Below, piece after piece: positions 41,001 through 51,484 of a stretch of 64,000 nt of DNA; within the stretch, counting starts at the first letter, position 1; each line of letters begins with the position of its first letter. The stretch is taken from positions 32,674,001 through 32,738,000 of the forward strand of contig CM120642.1 of the NCBI GenBank assembly GCA_051362555.1. Reading direction: 5' to 3'. The position numbers were made by a program, and so were the translations under genes. The stretch comes from Lingula anatina. Lineage: Eukaryota; Animalia; Brachiopoda. The notes beneath the pieces were generated by a model. That model made no database searches. It was not told the origin of the DNA and saw only the letters and a program-made list of their open reading frames with translations.

Positions 41001-44000
41001 CTATAGCGTTTATACAGAATGGACCGTTTGTTAATTATGCAAAAAGCATTTTAGATATCCAACAACATAAACGTCCGTGAAATTCCAAATAAAAAGTCCA
41101 CTTAGAGCGTTTACGTGTGCTTAGGCCCTGTATGCTAACAGTATAAGATGATGCACTTCTTCTTAAGGATTATTAAACACTAATATTTTGAGTCTACTAT
41201 TTCAGAAATTTCCGGGAAATTGGGACGCTTCTACGACTAGATACAATTACCTAAGACCCGCCGCCAGAGGGCGCTCCATACGTTTCAACCCCCTAGAGTG
41301 GAATAGTCACGTGAGCTCGAGCTTCGAGGTGTATGGCTACGATGAAGGTACCGTTAGAGCGTGGTCAATCCAGTTTAGGTCTTTAATATATATTGTTTTA
41401 AGTATTGGTACAAAATACTGTAGCTAGTATGTGTAATTATAAGCAAAAACCAGGCACCATGTACATGTTTGGTCAATGCATTATTTGAGCTGTATAAGGC
41501 TGAAAACCAATTGTGATGATGAATAAATTCAAACTGTTGCATAATTTGACCACTGTTTTTATCCTTTTCAACTGTAGGATATACAAATACCAGCCAGTAC
41601 GATGAAGGCCATTCCGTCTCTCTGTCCTGTCCTACTGGGACCTGGATAGACATTTTGGATGCGTTCTACGGAGTGGAGAGTATTGGTTGCAGGGCAGATC
41701 AGAGAGCTACTATAAAAGCCGTCAAGAACCTGTGTCAGCAGCGAACTAGCTGTACAGTCAGTTCAAGTAATGGAGTGTTTGGTGATCCTTGCGGGGGACA
41801 AGGGAAATACTTGTGGATAACTCACAAATGTGTATGTAAGTACATGTGTATGATGGAAAGGTTTGACACCCATCTTTATATGTAAATATCTTGTAAATGT
41901 ATTAATATTTTTAAAATTGTTTTTGAAAATAATTTTTACTCACGGAGCCAAGGTACCATAAAGGAGTTACATGTAGGCCTACCTCTGTCCATGAACGCTT
42001 TTATCGTGATTTCCTTCAAAATGTGGCCCAATACTTCTATCGTCCTCATGCCTCATGTAAGTCACTCCTTATGCATATGGCGACTTCGTTCTAATATCTG
42101 CCCTTTTAACGAAAGTTTAATTTTATGAACTCGATGTTTTAGAACTTCAGAAAAATGCATGACGTGTACATTCATTACAAAATATATGAAACTTACGAGT
42201 TACGATTTTCCAGCCATTTTGAGCTCCTGCTACGAATATTACAAGTATGGATTTCGGTACAGCGGCTACTTTGAAATCGACCCTGACGGAGCCAACTATG
42301 GTGCTGGACCTTTCATGGTAGAGTGTAACATGAATTCATCGCCACCTGGGAAGACAATTATACACCACAGTAGAGATGACACCGAGTCCAGTCAAATCTC
42401 AGTAAGTACTTTGATACGACGAAATAGGCATATCTAATTATAAATCGGCTTTGACTGCCTCTCGACCAATCGGTGAACATCAAAATCTGTGAGCATGTTA
42501 CAACATTTCTACTTAGCTAAATGAAACGTTTGCAGCAATATTGCAGTACTACTGCTACAAACCAAACGTTGGCGGTAACGAGTTTTCGGAATATTATAAG
42601 AAAAATTTCATTGCTGCTGATTTGCAGCCATACTGCAGCAAATTTGATATTTTGCTTAGGGCAGTTATAAATGTCTGGCGTTAAAGAAATACATTGTATC
42701 AGCACCAGTTACATGTAACCATTTATTTGAACGGGGTATAAATTAAAAAGAGGAGTGGATTTGCAGGATATTTTGACATACCAAATATCACTTTGTGGCA
42801 TTCCAAAGGCATATACTTAAATATAGCTTTAACCGTGTTTAAGTCTTGTCATAATAGGTGATGCAGGATTGATGACGTTTGATGAAAGCAACTGTCTTCC
42901 CATGGGTATGAGTCAATGTTGTCACTATTGCAGAGGCAGCCATCCTTTGTCAAAACAGTTAGGTAGCCTTATATAATTTCAGTATTGCTTGAATTCCGTT
43001 TTCTAAGAGCACATATTGTTATAGGGGCACGAATCTTGCGGAAGTTGGAAACAATCGTTAACCTATCACGGCATCACGCTCTCCAGTCACATGGCGCCGT
43101 TTGTAGACACCGTGGCCACCTGCTCCCAGTATGCCAAGTTCCGGTGTAAAGGAGTGTCCGGTCTGGGAGGTTCCTGCAACTTCGTCAAAGATAGAAGTAA
43201 GCAGAAAGCGAGAGAGAGTGAGAGAAAGGGGGACGAAAAAGAGACGAAGGCAAAAAAAACATGTAGCAAATAGATATATTTTCACTAAAACTGGACTTTA
43301 TAAACTTGCTTTTTAGTCTATTTTTTGTCTATTTTTAAATAGGCATTGCAATGCCATTTCCTTAAGATAGCATGTGTAATACCACCTTTTATTCTCATAG
43401 GTGGCAATGCAATCCCTTATTGGGCCGGCGGTAATAGTGTCAATAAGTGTTCATGTGGAATTGCAGGAACCTGTGTTGGTAAGATAATCATTATTCTTTG
43501 TCTTGTTCGTATTTCTTTTTACTTAAGACCTTCGGCTTATTTTCCTAACAAAGTTAACGGGTAGTTAACTGACAGTTATAAAGATAGATAAGTATTTTAT
43601 ATTGCGTTCTGTTTTGAATCATTTAATTAATACTCAGAACGTAACATCAACCGTATTATTTCCGATAGATGGCAGAAGTGATTGTAACTGTAACAAGAAC
43701 GACAACGTGTGGAGAATAGATGAGGGGTATTTTACTGACAAGTCCTTACTACCCATAAAGAAATTCCTCTCTGGTGACACTGGGGGTTCCGCAGAATCTG
43801 CCTATTACACTGTTGGTCCATTAGAGTGTGAACCAGGTAAGTTATAGCCAAATAGTTTAGCTGTCATCTACTCTCTACTTTGCATGTTACATATTTTTTT
43901 CATTAAAAAATGAGGCAGATGTCATAAAAGTTAGATGGATAACGACATAAAGCAATGTTTGCGGTTATTTTAGAAAAGGGACCTGAAACAATATGGTTAT

Positions 44001-46592
44001 TTTGAAAAAAAAATAGAAGAACGCTGCGTTATGTTTTGTCATGAGTTGTCAAAATATTTGTGTATTTATTTTTATCAGTATTATTCCGCATGACTACAAT
44101 AAAAGTTTTTTGTGAGCGACATGTATACGGTTTTTAATTGCGGTAATCACCCAAAATAACAAATTAAGCTCGCAGTTGACGGGGTTTATTTTGATTTCGG
44201 TCGTCTTAAACTCATTTCCAGTCATTCTGAGTCGTGTTCTAGTCACTACTTATCCAAGGATTATATGCAAAACTAAAGAATGTAAGTGCATATAAGTGCT
44301 GTTTTTGCAACGGTCGCTTTGATGTAAAATTTAGAATAAAGATGCTGTCTGTTTCTCTGCCTCCGATTTATTTCATTTACTATGTAAAACGTTCTGTTCT
44401 TCAGCCTTGCCCTCTTGCACAGAATGGAAACGATTCAACAGCACTAGCGGCGTCTATTGGGTTGACCCAGATGGCGGTGGAGGTGTGGCCGCTTTCGAGG
44501 TGTATTGTGATATGTCAACTACACCACCCACTGTGACCTTTCACCATGATTATGAAGACAGGACCCACGTCAACGGCCATGATGGTGCTTACTCGTACTC
44601 GAAATCGTTGGCGTACAAAAGTGAGTAATCAAGGTAGCCTATATGTGTGTACATGTTCCACAAGCCACATCTTAATTGGACAATTATATTCAGTTTAACC
44701 ATCCATTACACAAACTTCAGAGGATAGCAAGCTTTCGTGGCATCACCCACTGCATAATAAGAGTCGGATATCAGAAAACCTTTCACTATACAAACATAAA
44801 ATACTTAGTAAACATACTTTGCAAGAAAGTGTAAGCGTTTTCATGAGTTTTTTGTTAATTCTTCTACAGATTACCACAGCATTGGGTGCTGGACAGATTC
44901 TAACCCAAGAGCCATTGCCACACTGGAAGGTTCGGACTCAAATCTTGATGGCGCTTACAGTACAAGAAGCAACCCAATTTACAAATGTTACCTAGCGGCC
45001 AAATCTCGTGGCTACACATATTTTGCTGTCCAGGCTGGCGGCTGGTGTGCTTCTACTGCTACTGCTGGCGACACCTATGATAAATACGGACCTTCAGGTG
45101 CCTGTAACAGTGACGGGGAGGGAGGAGGAATGGCCAGTGAAGTTTACAAAATCGTTGAAGGTTGGTACTCTTTCGAAAATTTCCTGTCGGACGCCCAGTG
45201 GGACTCTATGTGAATCCTACAGGTCTGTTTGGGACTCTCCTACAGTGTAGGAATTCCTATAGGATTCTCATCTAGAATATGTGACCCATAGGATTTTGTT
45301 CCAGTTTGCTATAGGACATCTCGAAGGACCCTAAAGAATATTTCTGTACATATAAATTTGATCAGTTTACTTTTTTAACAAAATGACCGAATTGATATGC
45401 AGCTTGTTCATTTTAAACAAAACATTAAAAGAAAAATCCAATGATCTATATAAAAAAAATTCGATTTCGTATTCAGGATATGGAATGGGGTACAAACAGT
45501 TACTTTTTTATCACCAGAAACACTAAAAATTAAGTGCCAATTTTCAGCAAGGTTTTCAATTGTGTCTTTTCGTTCCTACAGCGAGTGTTGACCAAGTGGC
45601 GGCATACGTGGATTACGTCGGTACAAGCTGCTCACAGTATATAAAATACGAATGCTACCATTCGCTCATAAACGGCTACGGTGGCTGGTACGATCGACAT
45701 GGACAGAAAGCGCCATTTTGGGGCGGAGGCGATCCAGACGGTACCTCTATCAATTGCGCATGCGCACAAGATGGATCATGTGCAGACTCTTCTAAGGGTA
45801 TGTGTAGTTACCTACTCCCTATGTGGAAAAAAACATTATCTGTCTGTCGATTGTAGTTTTTTCAGGTCATAATATAGCTTAAAAGAAATCTGCTATGCTA
45901 TGTTTTAAGATTTCTGTCTTTGTGATTTCCTTTTGTTTAATTCTGCAGTTTATTTATCATTCAAACGACCCCAACTTCCGTCCCTCTTAATGGTACAAGC
46001 ACATGTAGAAAGACGCAGTTCAAATTTGAAAAAAGGGTAAAAGATCTAGGCCTACTTTTTTGACTCCTTTGTGCAACGTTTTGAGCTTCTACACTGCCAC
46101 AACCATACCCATATTATATTTTATTATCTATCTCGATGATGCATCCGAATTTACGCATTATAAGAAACACGCATTATAAGAAACATTTCAGGGGCGGATC
46201 CAGGGTTGTTTTCTGACAGTCTTCTAAGTTATCTTCGTTAATCCATCCTCCATTTTTGACCGTCTTCCGACAGAAAACATTAGATACCCGTCAATGTAAA
46301 CTTAAAAATCTGACCGTCTTCCGGAAGACCCAGAAGACGGCCAAAATCTGCCCCTGGCCATTTATAAATGTGTTTAACGTGCAGTATCTGGTGTCCATAA
46401 GATGTTCTTTTTAACGTCATGTTGTTTTTTTCTACAGAATGCAACTGCGACAAAAATGACAACGTTTGGCGGTCAGACGAAGGATACATCACAGAGTCAA
46501 GTTATCTGCCAATATCCATGATTAAATTTGGAGACACTGGAGGAGGAGAAGAAGGATATCATACTGTTGGGCCTCTCACTTGTTACGGATGA
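32059..46592 (+). CDS. Gene C: complete 17-exon paralog, 1,144 aa secreted multidomain lectin-like protein
   Basis: Exons (plus): 32059-32392, 37997-38311, 38493-38795, 39003-39131, 39709-39876, 40272-40471, 40893-40994, 41206-41347, 41578-41835, 42214-42401, 43025-43196, 43401-43478, 43669-43836, 44405-44620, 44870-45160, 45582-45797, 46438-46592 (TGA). Sum 3435 nt = 1145 codons, open throughout. N-terminal hydrophobic signal, no transmembrane segment, ends HTVGPLTCYG*. Confidence 0.9.
33920..37638 (+). mobile_element. Composite Helentron/DINE-1-like non-autonomous element (HINE) in gene C intron 1, nested in a CCCAGCAAAC MITE (33854-37691)
   Basis: 5' TTTTTATGTACAGACAC-AGAT-GTGTCTGTACATA palindrome, (GTC/GCC)n microsatellite and internal repeats; a second 5' end at about 36272; 3' sub-terminal repeat plus GACAGC-TTT-GTTGCC hairpin. 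MITE halves flank it (CCCAGCAAACA at 33854, TGTGTTTGCTTGG ending at 37691). Confidence 0.72.
35355..35625. repeat. About 105-bp tandem repeat, roughly 2.5 copies
   Basis: TCTAAAAGCA(C/T)CATT...GTGAATACTT...GGCTTACAATACATCAGTA units begin near 35356, 35464 and 35568. Confidence 0.8.
46189..46356. mobile_element. Short TIR element (CAGGGGCGGAT family) in the last intron of gene C
   Basis: CAGGGGCGGAT...ATCTGCCCCTG termini; no TSD recognised. Confidence 0.55.
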
Positions 46593-49278
46593 ACACGACG
46601 TACCCAGCATTAATTTGGATCGATGTTTAAAGATAGGCCTACATAACAGGCGAGGGTACATATTTGTACATTCCCTTACATTCCCTTGTACATCACTGCT
46701 ACAAGTTTTCTTCACACGCATATTAAGTCCACGTTCCAACAAAAATTCAAATTAATTCGGTCAGCCGAAAAAAAGGTTTGACTTTGAAAAGGCACTTTCC
46801 TCAAGTTTCTGGTCTTAATCGTGATAAACTTACTTATCCTTCCTTAGTTTTGTATGAAGCAAAAATGAAACAAAATATACCGGATCTTGTCTTATTTCTG
46901 TACTTTATACCGTTTGAAACTATATGTTGGCATATATGGTCGGGCTCAATGGCAGTGACGTCTATTCCATTAATATGCTTCTTTGAGTAAAGTCCGTAAC
47001 AAAGTTGGACAACATTTTCTTGAGTGAATATGACATTACCATACTGTTGCTACATAGGCATGAAGATATAACTATTACCGTCACCGTAACGTGATTTTCA
47101 TGGTGTCGCAGTAGCGATGAGGAATGTCTCTAGGGCTAATTGGAGTTGGCAGTGATATCACAAATTTGGTAGGGACGACAATTTCCAGAGGAGAGATAAC
47201 TTTCTTTGTATAAATACAAAAAGGATCAGTTTCATTTTGAGACGCGTATTTTTGAAATGCTTGATAAGAGTATTTACACAATCTGCAAGACTAATCTGTT
47301 TATTTGGAGGGACTGAACTTTATGTGTATGCCGATTTGTTTTTTCAAAAAACTTCACAGCATAATGGGAATTGTAAGACGGATAAGTGCAATTTTAGGCA
47401 CAGTTTTATGTGCGTCATACTAGGCAAAATTATTTGACATACATGTGCGCGGACACTGCGTGATAAATTATGTAAATATGATAACGATAATTCATGAAAT
47501 CTTGTGTCTGTGAAAATTATTTTTCTTTTGTTGTTTCATTATACTCTACATTGTAAAAGGACGTGAGTAAATTATGTGATAAAAGTATGTAGTTTTTGTA
47601 ATCCATACACTACAGTATAAGTGAATCTGAGAAAAATTTGAAATTAAGTACCATTTCCAAATGCATTGAATTATTTTATAGGGGGTGGGTGAAAAATAAA
47701 TTAAAAAAAAAACGTGGAAACGTTGGTAATTCCTTTTTTTAATTTCTCAGAGATTTTCTCCTATAATTCCGTGTATAATATGCAACGTTAATGTACCGCC
47801 ATTGCATGGCATTTTGTCCAGAGCTGAATTGACATTTTTAATCTTTTTATTTTATTATATTATTATTATTATTTATTTTATTTCATTTTATTTTATTTTA
47901 TTTATTTATTTATTTTTTTGTGGCCTCTTGGGGGCCGCCCTTCTCCCAGACTGCCGTCTGTATCACAATTAGAATCATATTTTCAATTAACAACGTGGCC
48001 ACACAAAATTGAAGTTCACATAAATTGTTGAACATAGTGTCTTCAAATCCATTAATGCAAATACAATTGACGGGATTAATAACCTCTAGCTCCACAGTCA
48101 TAACGCTTGGCCGTATCCAGCCGAGAACCTTATAGTGATAATAACCCGAGTACTTCTCACTGAATGTAAATCGCATTTTAGACGTTTGAACAGATATATA
48201 GGCGTTGAGGTCCGCGCGTAAACAAGAGACTAATAAAAAGCATGTCACTGAAGAAGAAGAATAGACTTCTTTATCTGAAAGATTACTAGTGAAATTTTTT
48301 TACTATTGAAATTTTCTAATTTTGTTTATGCCATTCTGTGCCACAGGGGCGCCTACAATCTTTTGACTTAAATATTTTTGATGTCAGGTGCAATGTATTG
48401 ACGTAGACAATACCTTTAGAACTAGAAAAAAATCAATGTATGAACAATACTTGATTGACCGATTTAGAATGACAGCGAGCAGCTAAATGATTACCAAAAG
48501 ATATCCTTTAGAAAATAAATTGCAAGCAAAATGATCCATTTCCCTCAAGTTCGGGGAACAGATGGTTAAAGGCAATCACTTTGCATTTACAACTGTACCC
48601 TTACGCACTCTAATTTATCTGTTTAGCCAGCTGTCGTCTTTTGAAATCCTGCGTCACCAATTTTTCTTACAGTTTAAAAATAAATTATTCAATAAGTATA
48701 ACAGTAAGACCAATATTTGCGGATGACATATTCAGCTACATCCTCATCTGTTATTAAGAAGACATTTAAATGGAGGGGATAAACAGTTATGGAATAAAAG
48801 GAAATACATCAACAAAATCAATTAATCGTCCAAAAATAGTTAATGATAAATGATGTAAGTGGAAAACATTATGGTACGTTACTTTTCAAATGTCCGCTCT
48901 TCGATATGATCGAGAAAGAAGAATCTTTAATCACGCAGCAAAGTAGGCCCGTACGAATATATTATTATTATTATTATTTTATTATTTTATTTATTTATTT
49001 TTATTTATTTATTTTATTTTTTTATTATTATTATTTTTATTATTATTATTATTTTTTTTTTTTTGAAAACAAACGGAATGCAGTATCTATCAGAGAATAC
49101 AGCATTTATTCTAATTCAAAAGATTCAGTTGGGTTCAAAGTATGTCTCTCAAAATTGATATTTATTTTCATAGCAAACATTTTAATGTCACTTTTTGTAA
49201 ACTTTTATTATTCTTTTATTAAAAGTCTGACATTTAGAAAAAACACCAGGACTGTAGCTGGGTTTGAGACCAGGCATA

Positions 49279-51360
49279 TCAGACTTTAATGGTGTAGAAA
49301 GGGTACTTTTTGTGTTTGCTGTATTTTATTATTCTTGACGTCATCTGACCACGGTGGCACCACTGGTCCCACACCTAGAAAGAAACCAGATACCTCAGCC
49401 TAACTATCATTACAGTGGTAAAAATTAAAAAGTCTCTTGTTATTGTTGCACGCATTATTCACTGTATCCTAGCACTGTATCCGTGCAAGTGCGTCTCGAT
49501 TCCATGGCCCCGTATCTCGAAATAGCATCGGTTATGAAATCGAGACACTAAAGCACGTGCGGAACATAGCGAACCTTTCGAGATACGGAGCCCTGGGCTC
49601 CGTAACTCGAAAGCATCGCGAACTGCGATAGCGATATCACCTTTCATTTAGAGGCTATGGGGCGAGTAAATCCCGAGTTATGGAATAGAGACGAATCTCG
49701 AGTTACGGAGCCCAGAAAAGCACACGGAGAACGTGCCCCCCCCCCCCCCCCCCCCCCCCACTCATTCACATAAACAGACCTAAGAGGTATTGTGCTATAG
49801 ACGCAAATTTTAATCAAACAAATACTACCATTATGTTAATAATTCTAAGGCCCCGTTTAGAATAAGAAAGTCCAAGTGCTAACTGGCCCACGGCATAAAA
49901 ATGGCGGACCTACATGAAAGGAAGACCGCTTAAACCTGTCATGGCCTCTCCGCTTCTCACACGCCTCCCCACGCGTCGTCCCTGAAGGATCACAGTAATT
50001 AAATCTCGACTCCATTCGACCAGACGCGTGAGGAGGCGTATGAGAGGCAGAACTCCCTTACGAAAAAGTCCCATAGGATCCTATTAGATCCTACAGGATT
50101 TTATAGGAAATTGGCCCAATTTTGTATTCACAGATATGTCTCTAGATAGATAGATGGTCATTTTGGTCTGAAGTGCAGTAGAGGGCACTGCAGAGTATAC
50201 TTTGGTGTTCTTATTTCTAGCCAATACTCGTAGAACGAGTATTATTATATACAATTAATACAAAAATAAAAGAAAAATCATTCACACAGTGCAGACCCAA
50301 TGCAGCTCAATCAATCAATCTATCATATCATACCACATCAATAAATCACTCACATCACATCAGAATTTAATTGAAATCTTATTGAGTCTAAGTTGGTCCA
50401 TTTCTAAAATATCCTGAACTTTTTATCAAAATCAACCCGCAACAGTTAAGGGGGCTTTAACAGACGGTAGACCGTTTTAAGTTTAATCACGTCTGAAAAA
50501 AGCAAACTGTAGCTCTTACCATGATCCCCTCATCAGTGAAAGAATCGAATATGGCAGCGTGGCCAAAATAGTGGCGACCAGGAAACGTTGCGATAGCAGT
50601 GAACTGATCAATGCCACTGGTACGGCGCATGCCCCAAAACGTCTTCCATACCTTGACGAAATTTAATTATATAAGGTTTAACCCGAAACGCATTGCATTA
50701 ACAAAAGAACGAAGGGGAACAAATGAAAGAGCCGAAGAGATAAATGAAAAGTGATGATGAATCCAAAAAGTATTGGTATCTGTTTTCGCCAATGGAGTCA
50801 GACATAATATCTCATATTAAAAAAAAGGTAGATAAAGGGGGGACTTACTTTAGTCCCTTTTTTCCAGTTCCTAGTCTGTGTGTACGCTTTGGGACAGAGC
50901 ACCTTGACCACGTTGGTGCACTCACAGTATCTGTCTGGGCCATATACATAACTGCCAGCCCGGCTACGTGGGTCAAAGCACGAGATGTGAGCATCCGTGA
51001 CAGCTGGAAAGTCAGACTTAATCATAATACATTGAGCTATATTTGAAAAAAAAAAAAAACTTTTACAAGACAAAACTGTAAAAATGTGATCCAAGGACAT
51101 CTATTAGCCGTTCGTGTTGGTACAGTGTCGGAACGACATTGCTTTATCATTTTATGCCATGTTTAAAAAATGGAAAAAAAAACTTAGTCGATTGAATATC
51201 GGTAAAACATGCAGTCATGGCAAATTCATCATATTTAGGCTTATTAGTTGATAATCAAATTAATTTCGAAAACTTCCCCACTCATATTCGCTAATAGAAA
51301 AAAGGGAGAGGACTTACCAAAGAAGAAAAAGATGACCAAAACAACCAGTATGATCTTCAT
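49279..51360 (-). CDS. Secreted NlpC/P60-fold peptidoglycan amidase, Tae2/Dae2 (BPSL0067-like) domesticated amidase effector, 141 aa, 4 coding exons
   Basis: Exons (minus) 51360-51318, 51003-50849, 50651-50520, 49374-49279 join in frame (43+155+132+96=426 nt) with GTAAG donors and AG acceptors. Protein: MKIILVVLVIFFFFAVTDAHISCFDPRSRAGSYVYGPDRYCECTNVVKVLCPKAYTQTRNWKKGTKVWKTFWGMRRTSGIDQFTAIATFPGRHYFGHAAIFDSFTDEGIMVWDQWCHRGQMTSRIIKYSKHKKYPFYTIKV*. The ordered motifs EC...VK, T..WKKG..V, TAIATF, GHAAIF, GI.V.DQW and F Y.I match the family signature. AATAAA follows at about 49215-49220. Confidence 0.85.
49505..49715. mobile_element. Two adjacent related mini TIR elements in intron 3 of the Dae2-like gene
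   Basis: GGCCCCGTATCTCGAAA...TTTCGAGATACGGAGCC (about 49505-49592) and CTGGGCTCCGTAACTCGA...TCGAGTTACGGAGCCCAG (49593-49715). Confidence 0.65.
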
Positions 51361-51380
51361 AGTGGTTAAATGTGTCGCTG

Positions 51381-51422
51381 AAATGACGAAGACCCGGAGC
51401 CAGGCACGCCTTATATATATAT
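51381..51422 (-). promoter_or_regulatory. Candidate TATA box and initiator of the Dae2-like gene
   Basis: The minus strand reads TATATATAAGG at about 51419-51409, with a TCATTT initiator-like motif at 51386-51381 about 30 nt downstream and about 25 nt before the ATG. Confidence 0.55.
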
Positions 51423-51484
51423 ACATGTATATACCACTGTGTCAGATGTAACTAGAACAAGCGTCTTATTTCAAATAACCTGGA

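Noticed and set aside
32059-46592. Annotation as true Caspr/CNTNAP or Neurexin IV
   Set aside because: Only the fibrinogen-like and discoidin modules are shared; laminin-G, EGF, transmembrane and cytoplasmic parts are absent.
48843-49289. 148-aa Tyr/Phe-rich ORF
   Set aside because: Produced by a (TTA/TTTA)n low-complexity tract.
49279-51360. Bacterial contamination as the source of the amidase gene
   Set aside because: It has three canonical spliceosomal introns containing host-type repeats, a TATA/Inr and a polyA signal, and is contiguous with animal genes.
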